Origin: Candidatus Kaiserbacteria bacterium
GTDB lineage: Bacteria > Patescibacteriota > Minisyncoccia > Phycocordibacterales > UBA2100
Assembly: GCA_003164215.1 (NCBI GenBank)
Contig: PLSR01000017.1
Span: 148,029 to 205,630 of the forward strand
DNA: 57,602 bases
Reading direction: 5' to 3'
Shown: in pieces, positions 1-9,773 of the stretch
How positions within the stretch are numbered: position 1 is the first letter of the stretch
How the letters are laid out: each line of letters opens with the position of its first letter
Notes under the pieces: generated by a model
What the model saw: only the letters and a program-made list of their open reading frames with translations
Told to the model about the DNA's origin: nothing
The model's database searches: none
Program-made: the position numbers and the translations under genes

Positions 1-420
1 AGCGGCGATATGGATCAGAAGGTGATGGAACTTGCGGCGAGCCTCGGCATTGCCGATCACGTCATCTTCACCGGATTCCTCAAGGGTCCGGAAAGCGCCG
101 AAGTATACGCGGCGGCCGATCTCTTCGTTATGCCGTCGGTCTCGGAGCCGTTCGGCATCACGCCCCTGGAAGCAATGCGCTTGGGAACGCCGGTCTTGAT
201 CTCGAAACAATCGGGCGTATCAGAAATTGTGAAGAATGCGCTCAAAGCGGATTTTTGGGATGTTGACGAAATGGCCAATCAAATTCTTGCCGTCGTCGGG
301 TTCCCGGGATTGCGCCAGACGCTTTCGACGAACGGCACCCAGGAGGCGGAAACGATCACGTGGGCAGAGGCAGCTCAAAAGCTCGACGGTATTGTGCACG
401 AGTTCGCACATAGCGCGTAA
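1..420 (+). CDS. glycosyltransferase family 1 (glycogen-synthase-type), C-terminal fragment; 5' end lies outside the window
   Basis: Frame is open to position 1. SEPFGITPLEAMRLGTPVL matches the E-x7-E motif of retaining GT-B enzymes. Located in the alpha-glucan cluster. Confidence 0.7.
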   Translation, partial: SGDMDQKVMELAASLGIADHVIFTGFLKGPESAEVYAAADLFVMPSVSEPFGITPLEAMRLGTPVLISKQSGVSEIVKNALKADFWDVDEMANQILAVVGFPGLRQTLSTNGTQEAETITWAEAAQKLDGIVHEFAHSA

Positions 421-441
421 ATCAATGATAGAATACCCGGT

Positions 442-1638
442 ATGAAATCCATCTGCTTCTACTTCCAAGTCCACCAACCATATCGCGTCAAGCGATATCG
501 TGTTTTTGACATCGGCAATGACCCGGAATATTTCAATGATCGAAGTGAGAGCGATCTCAACAATCGCCGTATTGTCGAGAAAGTCGCGCGCAAATCCTAC
601 ATCCCGACGACCGCACTCTTGCTCGAGATGCTCAAACGACATCCGCAGTTGCGCATCTCGTATTCCTTCTCCGGCATCGCGCTTGAACAACTCGAACGCT
701 ACGTGCCCGAGGCGCTCGACCTTTTCAAAAAAGTAGTTGACACCGGTCAGGTGGAAGTGCTCGGGGAAACGTACTACCATTCGCTCTCATTCTTTTATTC
801 GCCGGCTGAATTCGAACGACAAGTCGGCAAGCACCGCGAACTCATCCGTCGCATCTTCGGCGTCTGGCCGCGCGCATTTCGCAACACCGAACTTTCATAT
901 CGCAATGACCTCGCGCAATGGGCAGACAGTGCCGGTTACACGGCGATTCTCGCCGAAGGCTGGGATCCGATACTCGGGTGGCGTTCACCGAACTATGTCT
1001 ATCGTCCGAAAGACACGCGGAATATAAAACTATTGCTCAAGAATTATCGTCTTTCCGACGATGTCGCGTTCCGATTCTCGTCGAAGGAGTGGAGCGAGTG
1101 GCCTTTGACTACAGAGAAGTTCGGCAAATGGGTCGGCGAAGCGGAAGGCGACACCGTGAATCTTTTTATGGACTACGAGACCTTCGGCGAACACCAGTGG
1201 GAAGACACCGGTATCTTTCAATTCCTTGAACAATTGCCGCACGAGATCGCGAAGAACCCCGGCCTCAATTTCATGACGCCGTCCGAAGTCGCCGCCGCCT
1301 ACGAAGTGCGCGACGAAGTCGACATGCCGCACGTCGTCACCTGGGCCGATACCGATCGCGACCTCACCGCATGGACCGGCAACCCGATGCAGCGCGCCGC
1401 TCTTGATTCCGTCTACGGCATGGAAACGGATGTCATGATGGCGAACGATCACAAGCTCCTAGAGGATTGGCGCCGCATGCAGACATCCGATCACTTCTAC
1501 TACATGTGCACGAAGTATGCCAATGACGGCGACGTTCATGCCTACTTCTCACCGTATGAATCTCCATACGATGCCTACATCGCGTATATGAATGCGTTGT
1601 CCGATCTCAAATTGCGGGTAGAGAAGGTAAAGAAATAG
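442..1638 (+). CDS. glycoside hydrolase family 57 (alpha-amylase / amylopullulanase-like)
   Basis: 398 aa. N-terminus ICFYFQVHQPYR and DYETFGEHQWE resemble GH57 catalytic-region motifs. Confidence 0.8.
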   Translation: MKSICFYFQVHQPYRVKRYRVFDIGNDPEYFNDRSESDLNNRRIVEKVARKSYIPTTALLLEMLKRHPQLRISYSFSGIALEQLERYVPEALDLFKKVVDTGQVEVLGETYYHSLSFFYSPAEFERQVGKHRELIRRIFGVWPRAFRNTELSYRNDLAQWADSAGYTAILAEGWDPILGWRSPNYVYRPKDTRNIKLLLKNYRLSDDVAFRFSSKEWSEWPLTTEKFGKWVGEAEGDTVNLFMDYETFGEHQWEDTGIFQFLEQLPHEIAKNPGLNFMTPSEVAAAYEVRDEVDMPHVVTWADTDRDLTAWTGNPMQRAALDSVYGMETDVMMANDHKLLEDWRRMQTSDHFYYMCTKYANDGDVHAYFSPYESPYDAYIAYMNALSDLKLRVEKVKK

Positions 1639-1651
1639 GAGTCTCAAAAAG

Positions 1652-1681
1652 TTGACGTTGGTGCAAAAATTGTGGTATTAT
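1652..1681 (+). promoter_or_regulatory. sigma70-like promoter (TTGACG, 18-nt spacer, TGG-TATTAT with extended -10)
   Basis: Read directly from the sequence, about 30 nt upstream of the 1714 start codon. Confidence 0.45.
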
Positions 1682-1713
1682 GCGAAGAGCTATTTCCTCG
1701 AAAGGAGGGAAGA

Positions 1714-2046
1714 ATGTTCCCGTTCAATCACCCCGGAGCGCTCGCGCTATTGAAAGCAAAACTAACCCCAGAAGAATTCAAGAAGTTTCTGTTCTTTGGG
1801 GGTGTGAGGATCTCACCGACAGGAGAGTTTCTGCCACCATATACGTTTTGCAATGAATTGCCCGTGACGACGCGCCTCGCACATTTCATCGATCTTGCGG
1901 GTCTCATAACGACCGACGAATTTCTGAAATATGGCGCGAAGTACTGGCGCGACCTACCTGGTTTTGATGAAACGGATATGGAAGAGCTGAAGCGCGTTAT
2001 GTCCGAAGAGTTCGGACTGACCATTGAGGAGGATCGGATGACCTGA
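1714..2046 (+). CDS. small hypothetical protein with a helix-hairpin-helix region resembling the RNA polymerase alpha C-terminal domain
   Basis: ATG at 1714 is preceded by AGGAGG (1704-1709). LPVTTRLAHFIDLAGLITTDEFL...LPGFDETDMEELKRVM resembles the alpha-CTD HhH pattern. The similarity is weak. Confidence 0.45.
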   Translation: MFPFNHPGALALLKAKLTPEEFKKFLFFGGVRISPTGEFLPPYTFCNELPVTTRLAHFIDLAGLITTDEFLKYGAKYWRDLPGFDETDMEELKRVMSEEFGLTIEEDRMT

Positions 2047-2168
2047 ACGCGATGTCCACGTTGCCCAGCGGAAATCGTCCGTCTGGGCGATTTCTTTTTG
2101 CGCATACGCACCAGACCTGGATGTGGAAAAGGGGATAGCGGAACCGTCGTCGAGATTGCGCGTGTATA

Positions 2169-4151
2169 ATGGTTCGCATGTCGCGTTCGATCGTCCTTTC
2201 TAATAATGAATTATGTGTTGCCCTCGATAAATTCGGAGAAGTGCGTGATCTCTACTATCCGCATGTCGGATATGAGAATCATGTGCGCGGGCACTATCTG
2301 CATCGCGTCGGTGTGTGGGTGGATGGTCAGATAAGTTGGCTCTCCGATGATCCGGCGTGGGAGATCAGCATTGCGAGCGAGGAAGAAGCGCTCGCGAGCG
2401 CGATCGTCGCGCGGCACCCACGCCTCAAGATCGAACTCGCGTTCAAGGACGTCGTCTACAACGAGAAGCCGGTCTTCGTCAGACGCGTCACGGTCACCAA
2501 CGGCGCCGACCGCACACGTGAAATAAAGCTTTATTTTGGCCACCAATTCGAGATCTACAAATCGCATGGCGGGGACACCGCCTTTTTCGATCCGCTCTCG
2601 CATTCGATCATTCATTACAAAGGCCGTCGCGTTTTTCTTATTTCGGCGCGTCTCGATGGCACACCGTTCAACGACTTCGCGACAGGACGCACCGGTTTCA
2701 ATAATCAAGAAGGTACGCACCGCGATGCAGACGATGGTGTCCTCTCGCAAAATCCTATCGAACACGGGCCGGCGGATTCTGTCGTCGGTCTCTATGGGAC
2801 GTATGCGGCCGGGCAATCGCGTACGGCATACTATTGGCTTGCGGCAGCACCGTCGATCGCTCAGGCACGTGATCTCAATATATACGTCGTACAAAAATCA
2901 CCCGAGCATCTGCTCTCCGCAACGACCGATTACTGGCGCGCGTGGGTCAATGCGTATGAATGGGATTTCCCCGGGCTTACTCCCGAGCATATCGCGCTTT
3001 TCTATCGCTCGCTCATGTACGTCCGTGCGGGTGTCGACGTGAGCGGCGGCGTCATCGCATCGCTCGATTCCGATATGCTCCAATATGGATACGATACGTA
3101 CTGCTATGTCTGGCCGCGTGATTCAGCCTACGTTGCGATCGCGCTCGATAGTGCGGGGGACACCAATGTGGCGCGCCGATTCTTCGAATTCTGTCATGAA
3201 GTGATCTCGGATGAGGGATACTTCTTGCACAAGTTCTTGCCGGACGGATCGTTCGGCTCATCGTGGCATCCGTGGATCAAAGATGGCAAGCCACAGTTAC
3301 CAATCCAAGAGGACGAGACGGCGCTCGTCGTCTACGCATTGCACGAGCACTACAAGAAAAGCCACGACCTCGAATTTTTGGAGACTATGTTCAATCCGAT
3401 CGTCGAAAAAGCCTGCGATTTCATGGTCAAATATCGCGATGAAGAAACGCACCTACCGCTTCCATCGTATGATCTGTGGGAACGAAAGCGCGGGACGTCG
3501 ACGTTCACCTCTGCAACTGTTTACGGTGCATTGATCGCTGCAGCAGAGCTCGCAAAGATCCTCGGCAAAGAGGGCCATGAGGCGCGGTATCGGCAGGCGG
3601 CAAGCGAGATCCAGGAGGGAATATTAAAATATTTGTGGGACGACAAGAATGCGATGTTCGTCAATATGATCGACCGCGACAAAGACGGAGCTCTGATCTA
3701 TGACCGCACGATCGATATCTCAAGCGTGTACGGCGTTTTTGCCTTCAATATTCTGCCGACCAATGACCCGAAGCTCGCGCGCGCGTGGGACCGGGCGGTG
3801 CGCGAATTGAGCCAGGGCATATCGACCGGCGGCATCGCGCGTTTTGAAAATGACGATTACTACCGTATTGAGGGGCCGTCGACCGGTAATCCGTGGTTCA
3901 TTACGACGTTGTGGTACGCCGAATATCTCATCGCCAACGCCAAGTCGAGCGCCGATCTCGACCGAGTGCGCGAGATCTTCAGTTGGGTCACGCGGCACGC
4001 GCAGACCTCCGGCGTGCTTTCGGAACAACTCCACCCACAGACGGGCGAGCAAGTCGGCGCATCGCCCTTGACCTGGGCACACGGCGAATACGTGACGGCG
4101 ATCCTAAAATATTTGGACAAGATGAAGGAATTTGACGCCGTAAAAAAATAA
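2169..4151 (+). CDS. glycoside hydrolase family 15 (glucoamylase / glucodextranase / trehalase-like) with N-terminal beta-sandwich domain
   Basis: 660 aa. Contains YCYVWPRDSAY and YDLWERKRG (GH15 WE-type catalytic region) and a C-terminal (alpha/alpha)6-type sequence. Confidence 0.85.
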   Translation: MVRMSRSIVLSNNELCVALDKFGEVRDLYYPHVGYENHVRGHYLHRVGVWVDGQISWLSDDPAWEISIASEEEALASAIVARHPRLKIELAFKDVVYNEKPVFVRRVTVTNGADRTREIKLYFGHQFEIYKSHGGDTAFFDPLSHSIIHYKGRRVFLISARLDGTPFNDFATGRTGFNNQEGTHRDADDGVLSQNPIEHGPADSVVGLYGTYAAGQSRTAYYWLAAAPSIAQARDLNIYVVQKSPEHLLSATTDYWRAWVNAYEWDFPGLTPEHIALFYRSLMYVRAGVDVSGGVIASLDSDMLQYGYDTYCYVWPRDSAYVAIALDSAGDTNVARRFFEFCHEVISDEGYFLHKFLPDGSFGSSWHPWIKDGKPQLPIQEDETALVVYALHEHYKKSHDLEFLETMFNPIVEKACDFMVKYRDEETHLPLPSYDLWERKRGTSTFTSATVYGALIAAAELAKILGKEGHEARYRQAASEIQEGILKYLWDDKNAMFVNMIDRDKDGALIYDRTIDISSVYGVFAFNILPTNDPKLARAWDRAVRELSQGISTGGIARFENDDYYRIEGPSTGNPWFITTLWYAEYLIANAKSSADLDRVREIFSWVTRHAQTSGVLSEQLHPQTGEQVGASPLTWAHGEYVTAILKYLDKMKEFDAVKK

Positions 4152-4207
4152 TCGGTGCTCCGCCCAAGCGAAGCACCGATTAGACAAAGATCACGCGAGC
4201 ACGTTAT

Positions 4208-4744
4208 TCAGCCGGCGGCCACTTGCTCGCCGTCAGGGAAGTGAAGCACCGTGCCGGCCTCATTTTCGTCCGGCTGTGCACTTTTGCGTCGGAGCCTGCA
4301 CTGCACCTCACCTGGGAAGGTTGCCGCGGCAGTCCTGTTTGAGACTCCAAGCTTTTTGCGGAGGTTTTGCAGATGCACTTTCACCGTTGACTCGGATATT
4401 TCGAGTTTGTGTGCAATGAGCTTATTCTGCAGCCCTTTTCGCAGGTGTTTCAGGACTTCAAACTCTTGAAGGGTAATGGTCACCGGCTCTACGAGGGCAG
4501 CTTCTGTCGCCCTATCAAGCTGCGCTCCTTTTTGGAGCGTTTGTTGAGTGAGGCGCTCTTCGAGATCTCGAATCCGCGCATCGCGCGCTTCGATTCTTTG
4601 TCGTAGTTCTTCGATTTCTTGCCGAAGCACGCGAATTGTTTGTTCGTTTGAAACGTTCGCGTGCACCAAGCCACCGACCGCGTGGGCAATCCCCTCCGCA
4701 ATACCCTCTGCGAGTCTCTTTATATGTATTTTCCCTTGCTCCAT
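4208..4744 (-). CDS. LuxR/FixJ-type HTH transcriptional regulator with N-terminal coiled coil
   Basis: EFEVLKHLRKGLQNKLIAHKLEISESTVKVHLQNLRKKLGV is a LuxR-type HTH. The ATG at 4744 has a GGAG Shine-Dalgarno. The track ORF starts further upstream at a TTG (4777). Confidence 0.75.
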   Translation of the reverse strand: MEQGKIHIKRLAEGIAEGIAHAVGGLVHANVSNEQTIRVLRQEIEELRQRIEARDARIRDLEERLTQQTLQKGAQLDRATEAALVEPVTITLQEFEVLKHLRKGLQNKLIAHKLEISESTVKVHLQNLRKKLGVSNRTAAATFPGEVQCRLRRKSAQPDENEAGTVLHFPDGEQVAAG

Positions 4745-4848
4745 GCCCCGTCTCCACAGCTTCCAATGATTTCCCAAAGAACTAACATCACGCGTACGCC
4801 AACCGGATCCATACTATAACATACTCATGCGTTCTATGTGAAGATCAA

Positions 4849-5490
4849 ATGCAATTGCTCAAGCAGTACGGCTTACGCATCCCTGCTTCGTACAATGCTA
4901 TACTGTCCGCTATGTCATTTGAACCCTATGCCGCGAGAACACAGGAGAAGATGTCGGATGTCTTGATGGATCCGAATGCATCCGGGCCGGCGATCCACTA
5001 CTACATGGTTCGCGGTGGATCGAAGAAACGCAACGTCACCATTCTCGAGACGGGCACGGTAGGCGGCGAATATATCAAGACATATGGCCACTATCACATC
5101 GGGAATCTCGACGAGACATACTGGTTCTCGGCGGGCGATGGTGTGGTCCTTCAACAAAAGCTTGTTGATCCGGCTGATCCAAATGTCGTCGAACTTTTCA
5201 AAGCGGTTCGCGTGAAAGCAGGGGATTCCGTATACATGCCGCCGGGTCACGGTCATCTCATGGTCAATGTCGGTGACGTATGGCTTGTCATGGTGGATGA
5301 CTCTCCTGTCGAAGGCACGAGTGATTCCGCTTCGATGCCGGGTCATGCGGATTATGAAATGGTCAAACGAATGCGCGGCTTCGCATATTATGTCGTTGAG
5401 CGTGATGGTGCACCGGCACTCGTAAAGAATCTGCACTACAAAGAAATACGAACGACCGACTTCGGCGGTATGCCCGTCGTCGAGAAGTAA
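4849..5490 (+). CDS. pgiA: cupin-type (archaeal-type) glucose-6-phosphate isomerase
   Basis: TYGHYH...AGDSVYMPPGHGHLMVNVGD...HADY matches the cupin PGI metal-site pattern (TKGHFH / VPPxWAHRxVN). An alternative start at 4912 lies 7 nt downstream of a TATACT box and gives 192 aa. Confidence 0.7.
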   Translation: MQLLKQYGLRIPASYNAILSAMSFEPYAARTQEKMSDVLMDPNASGPAIHYYMVRGGSKKRNVTILETGTVGGEYIKTYGHYHIGNLDETYWFSAGDGVVLQQKLVDPADPNVVELFKAVRVKAGDSVYMPPGHGHLMVNVGDVWLVMVDDSPVEGTSDSASMPGHADYEMVKRMRGFAYYVVERDGAPALVKNLHYKEIRTTDFGGMPVVEK

Positions 5491-5499
5491 GTATCCCGT

Positions 5500-6309
5500 A
5501 TGCACATTGTTTCAGACATCGGAGGAACGAAGATGCGCATTGCGGGCGTGCACGATCCCGGACGATTCGATACGCCAACTTTTCTCGCGACGCCGCAATC
5601 GTACGACGAAGCACTCGCGCTTTTTATAGAGACTGTGCGGACGATCGCGGGCGGAGAGCCGATTGATAGGCTCGCGATCGGCGTGCCGGTCGTCCTTTCG
5701 ACGGACAAACGTTCCGTCATCAAATCTGAAAATCTCCCGGCGTGGGGTGGGCATTCATTCGCCGATGATCTCGAGAAGAGCCTCGGCGCACAAGTTTTTT
5801 TGGAAAATGACACCGCGCTCGTGGGCTTAGGCGAGGCAGTTTTTGGTGCAGGTAAGGATGCGTCGATCGTTGCGTACGTCACCGTCTCGACAGGTGTGAA
5901 CGGTGTCCGGATCGTCGACGGGAAGATAGAGCGCGCGGCATTGGGATTCGAGATCGGCGGCCAATATCTTTCGCATGAGGGAGACCTCGTCACATTGGAA
6001 GAATTGATCTCTGGAAGTGCGGTCGAAAAGCGCTACGGCATGCATCCGCGCGAGCTTGGAGTCGATACGCCGATCTGGGAGGAGCTCGCCCGCATCGTCG
6101 CGATTGGCATTCATAATACGATCTTGCACTGGTCGCCCGACACCGTAGTATTTGGCGGTTCGATGTTCAATGAGATAGGAATTCCGATCGAATCGGTCAA
6201 AGATCACCTTGCCGCGATCATGAAAAAAATTCCCCAGATACCCACTATCGTTCACTCGTCGCTTCACGATGAAGGAGGCCTCTACGGCGGCCTCGCTCGC
6301 CTCAAATAA
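5500..6309 (+). CDS. glk: ROK-family glucokinase
   Basis: N-terminal DIGGTKMRIA ATP-binding motif and ENDTALVGLGE. Directly follows the PGI gene. Confidence 0.75.
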   Translation: MHIVSDIGGTKMRIAGVHDPGRFDTPTFLATPQSYDEALALFIETVRTIAGGEPIDRLAIGVPVVLSTDKRSVIKSENLPAWGGHSFADDLEKSLGAQVFLENDTALVGLGEAVFGAGKDASIVAYVTVSTGVNGVRIVDGKIERAALGFEIGGQYLSHEGDLVTLEELISGSAVEKRYGMHPRELGVDTPIWEELARIVAIGIHNTILHWSPDTVVFGGSMFNEIGIPIESVKDHLAAIMKKIPQIPTIVHSSLHDEGGLYGGLARLK

Positions 6310-6310
6310 A

Positions 6311-6356
6311 CCTACCAAGCTCTGAGCTTTGTATACTAAGCTCAGAGCTTGGTAGG
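6311..6356. terminator. perfect 19-bp stem, 8-nt loop hairpin between the convergent glk and dedA genes
   Basis: cctaccaagctctgagctt / aagctcagagcttggtagg. Both arms recur inside the 90-bp direct repeats at 54.9 and 55.7 kb. Confidence 0.6.
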
Positions 6357-6367
6357 GATTTTATGGC

Positions 6368-6979
6368 TTAATTACGCGCTTGCGGTTTACGCAATTCCCA
6401 AAAAATTGGCAGAAGGCTCACGATGATGATGATAAGAATGATCGGGGTGAGATAGTGCTCGATAATTGGCACGCGTTCCCCGAGAAAAAATCCGATGAAC
6501 GTGAGACCCGCGGCCCAGAGAAAACCGCCCGTGATGTTGTATGCGAGGAAGGTGCGGTAACGCATGTTGGCGATGCCCGCGATGATCGGTGCAAACGTGC
6601 GTACGATTGGAATGAATCGAGCAAGAACGACTGCGAGTACCCCGTGTTTCTCATAGAAATCCTTTGCTTGCTCAAGGTATGCGTGTTTGAAGAATCGCGA
6701 ATCTTTTTTGAAGAAAAGTGATACGCCGACGGTGTGGCCGAACCAGTATCCGGCACTATCGCCGCCGACCGCCGCGACGGCCAAGAGGGGAATGAGGATC
6801 CAAATATTGAACAATCCCTGCGTCGCCAATAAGCCTGCGGTAAAGAGCATTGATGAGCCGGGCAAGAAAAAGCCGAAGAAGACTCCGGACTCAAGGAATA
6901 CCGCAGCAAATAATCCGGGATACCCCACAAATTCGACGAGATGCACAAGTCCGCCGTGCGCGAGTATTTGGGTGAACAT
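6368..6979 (-). CDS. DedA-family (SNARE-associated) inner-membrane protein
   Basis: 203 aa, multi-pass, with a typical DedA core (GFFLPGSSMLFTAG...ARFIPIVRTFAPIIAG). Confidence 0.8.
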   Translation of the reverse strand: MFTQILAHGGLVHLVEFVGYPGLFAAVFLESGVFFGFFLPGSSMLFTAGLLATQGLFNIWILIPLLAVAAVGGDSAGYWFGHTVGVSLFFKKDSRFFKHAYLEQAKDFYEKHGVLAVVLARFIPIVRTFAPIIAGIANMRYRTFLAYNITGGFLWAAGLTFIGFFLGERVPIIEHYLTPIILIIIIVSLLPIFWELRKPQARN

Positions 6980-7033
6980 ACGAACCGCGTCAGTATAGCA
7001 TGAGGCTAGTGACTAGAAGCTAGCCACTAGAAG

Positions 7034-8299
7034 CTAGGCAAACGACTCTGGGATCGGGAATTTCTTGCACATGGTGCGAATTTCTTCACGAATGCCGTTG
7101 AGCTTTTTCTTGTCCTCTTTATTTTTCATCGCATCGATCATGAGCTCTGCGACGCGACTGCACTGCGCCTCTTTGAATCCGCGCGTCGTGATCGCCGGAG
7201 TACCGAAGCGGATGCCGGAAGGATCCATCGGGCCGCGCACGTCATCGGCGATCGCATTCTTGTTGAGCGTAATGCCAACGCGATCCAAGAGAGTCTCTGC
7301 TTCTTTTCCGCTGATCGCGAGCGAGCCGAACACATCTGCGAGGATCAGGTGATTGCTCGTACCACCGGTGAGCATGCGGACGTTGTTCTTTTTGAACACT
7401 ATCTCCATAGCTTTGGCATTCTTGAGAATTTGGTCAGTATAGGTGTGGAACGATGGCGAGAGTGCTTCGCCAAAGCATACCGCCTTTGCCGCGATCGTAT
7501 TCATGAGAGGACCGCCCTGGAAACCGGGGAAGACGGACTTGTCGACCTTCTTCGCGAGGTCGGCATTTTCTCGCGTGAGGATCATGCCTCCGCGCGGACC
7601 GCGCAGTGTCTTGTGCGTCGTCGTTGTCATGATGTCGAATCCGTAGTCGAACGGATTCTTTACCGACTTACCAGCAATGAGTCCCGCGATGTGCGCAACG
7701 TCCATGACCGCAAGCGCGCCGACTTCGCGGGCGATCTCGACGAATTTCGCGTAATCGAGCTCGCGCGGATACGCCGAGTATCCTGCGAGAATGATCTTCG
7801 GTTTTTCAGCTTTCGCGACCGCGCGCATTTCGTCGTAATCTATTTCACCGGTTTCGACGTCCTTCATCTTGTACCGAATGAATTTGAAGATCTTGGTGAG
7901 GTAGGTGACCGGATGCCCGTGCGTGAGGTGTCCGCCGTGGCTCAAATCCATTCCCAAAATCGTATCGCCTGGCTCGAGCAAGGCGAAGTACATTGCAACG
8001 TTCGCGGGCGCGCCAGCGTGCGGCTGGACGTTGACGAATTCTGCGCCGAATAATTTCTTCGCGCGTTCAATAGCGATCGTCTCTATAATGTCGGTGTACG
8101 TCTGACCGCCATAGTAGCGCTTGCCGGCGTAACCTTCGGAATATTTGTTGGTAAAGATGGAACTGTTGGCCTCGCGCACCGCACGGGAGACGTAATTCTC
8201 CGAAGGAATGAGCTCAATGCCTTCCGCTTCGCGCTCCTCTTCGCCCATGATCGCGTCGTATACCTCTTTGTCCTGTTTTTTTATATAGTCGTAATCCAT
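7034..8299 (-). CDS. glyA: serine hydroxymethyltransferase
   Basis: 421 aa. Contains ELIPSENY, TTTTHKTLRGPRGG (PLP lysine motif) and GGHLTHG. Confidence 0.95.
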   Translation of the reverse strand: MDYDYIKKQDKEVYDAIMGEEEREAEGIELIPSENYVSRAVREANSSIFTNKYSEGYAGKRYYGGQTYTDIIETIAIERAKKLFGAEFVNVQPHAGAPANVAMYFALLEPGDTILGMDLSHGGHLTHGHPVTYLTKIFKFIRYKMKDVETGEIDYDEMRAVAKAEKPKIILAGYSAYPRELDYAKFVEIAREVGALAVMDVAHIAGLIAGKSVKNPFDYGFDIMTTTTHKTLRGPRGGMILTRENADLAKKVDKSVFPGFQGGPLMNTIAAKAVCFGEALSPSFHTYTDQILKNAKAMEIVFKKNNVRMLTGGTSNHLILADVFGSLAISGKEAETLLDRVGITLNKNAIADDVRGPMDPSGIRFGTPAITTRGFKEAQCSRVAELMIDAMKNKEDKKKLNGIREEIRTMCKKFPIPESFA

Positions 8300-8338
8300 A
8301 GGAAATGATTAGGAAAATAATCGCGATAGGTGAGGAAG

Positions 8339-9034
8339 CTAAATCATAGGCTTGATGAGGCGAAAGACATCCTCGTGGATCTCCTCCCGTGACCGAATGG
8401 TATCACGGACCGTGCAGGGAATCTTACGCCAGCCGGAGTGCGTACGCATCAGGGACGCCGCGCTCTTTTGTGCGTTCGAGAGGTAGGCGGTGTCGAGTTC
8501 GACCGTGTCCCGCTTGCCTTTTTTGAGATAGGCGCTCTTTTTCGCCTGCGCGCGCTTGTCTTGGAGCAATTTGAGAGAATGCTTAAGCGGCATGTGGAGG
8601 TAGATGGTCAGGTCGGGTTTTGGAAGTCCAAAGACGCCGTATTCAAGCTTATCGAGCCAGGTCAGGAACGTCTTGCGCTTTCGCGGATCAACGAACTTAC
8701 CGCCCTGGTGTATTTGGTTGGCGCTCACATAACGGTCGAGGACGACGATATCACCTGCCGCGAGCCAGCCCTTGATCAACTCACGTGATTCGAACCGATC
8801 AGCGGCATAGAGGGTCGAACCAATGTACGGGTCAACATGCAAAAAATCGCCGTGGTCTCCGGCAATGCACTCACCGATGAGCCCCCCCATGAGATTGGCC
8901 TTGTAGCGCGGAAAATCGAGGCTGTGGACAGCTACACCCTCGTGGACAAGCCGTTCAACGAGGAGTTTGGTCTGGGTCGCCTTGCCGGAACCGTCGGAAC
9001 CGTCGATTACGATGAGTTTTCCTCGTTTGTCCAT
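8339..9034 (-). CDS. tmk: dTMP (thymidylate) kinase
   Basis: P-loop VIDGSDGSGKATQ, DFPRY and DRYVSAN motifs. Confidence 0.85.
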   Translation of the reverse strand: MDKRGKLIVIDGSDGSGKATQTKLLVERLVHEGVAVHSLDFPRYKANLMGGLIGECIAGDHGDFLHVDPYIGSTLYAADRFESRELIKGWLAAGDIVVLDRYVSANQIHQGGKFVDPRKRKTFLTWLDKLEYGVFGLPKPDLTIYLHMPLKHSLKLLQDKRAQAKKSAYLKKGKRDTVELDTAYLSNAQKSAASLMRTHSGWRKIPCTVRDTIRSREEIHEDVFRLIKPMI

Positions 9035-9091
9035 AGTGATGCGTACCCCCAGTATATGCTAGAGTAACCAGACGTAAAACTAATAAAACAT

Positions 9092-9769
9092 ATGGCACTT
9101 TCAGACAAACGAATACTCGAAAGCATGGAGGAGGGATCAGTGGTCATTGAACCATTTGATCGGCGCAATCTCGCCACCTCGAGCTATGACGTGACGCTTG
9201 GTGAATATTTCTTTGCAGAACAACCACCGGCGCATTTCGAAAATATATTCAATATCTACGATAAATCACATGTGGAGCGAGTGTGGGGGGCCAAGCCGAA
9301 AAAGGCGAAGATCGCACGAGAGATGTTCAAGAAATATGATTTTGAATGGAATGGCATTTCACCGGACGACAAGATAATTTTGCTCGCACCCGGCGAGACC
9401 ATCCTGGGGCACACGCAAGAGTTCATCGGCGGCAAAGATCACATCACGACGATGATGAAAGCACGCTCGAGCCTCGGACGTAGTTTCATATCGGTGTGCA
9501 AATGCGCGGGCTGGGGCGACGTCGGCTACATCAATCGATGGACGATGGAAATACAGAACACCTCGGCACGCTACTACATTCCGCTTGTCGTCGGCCGCCG
9601 CATCGCACAGATCGTATTCTTCGAGACCGGTCCCATCGCGGGGGCGGATTATTCCTCCGGCGGCAAATACACGAGTTCGACCAAAGTTTCTGAACTGAAG
9701 AAAAGCTGGAAGCCCGACATGATGCTGCCACGACTCCATCTCGATCGCGATATCAATAAAAAGAAATAG
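9092..9769 (+). CDS. dcd: dCTP deaminase / dUTPase-superfamily protein
   Basis: N-terminus LSDKRILE...IEPFD...SSYDVTLG and the beta-barrel core GETILGHTQE...ARSSLGR are typical of Dcd. Confidence 0.75.
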   Translation: MALSDKRILESMEEGSVVIEPFDRRNLATSSYDVTLGEYFFAEQPPAHFENIFNIYDKSHVERVWGAKPKKAKIAREMFKKYDFEWNGISPDDKIILLAPGETILGHTQEFIGGKDHITTMMKARSSLGRSFISVCKCAGWGDVGYINRWTMEIQNTSARYYIPLVVGRRIAQIVFFETGPIAGADYSSGGKYTSSTKVSELKKSWKPDMMLPRLHLDRDINKKK

Positions 9770-9773
9770 CAGT

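Noticed and set aside
8780-8800. The T-loop-like string ggttcgaatc (reverse strand) as a possible tRNA.
   Set aside because: It lies inside the well-supported tmk coding sequence and no cloverleaf can be drawn around it. I found no convincing tRNA in any intergenic region.
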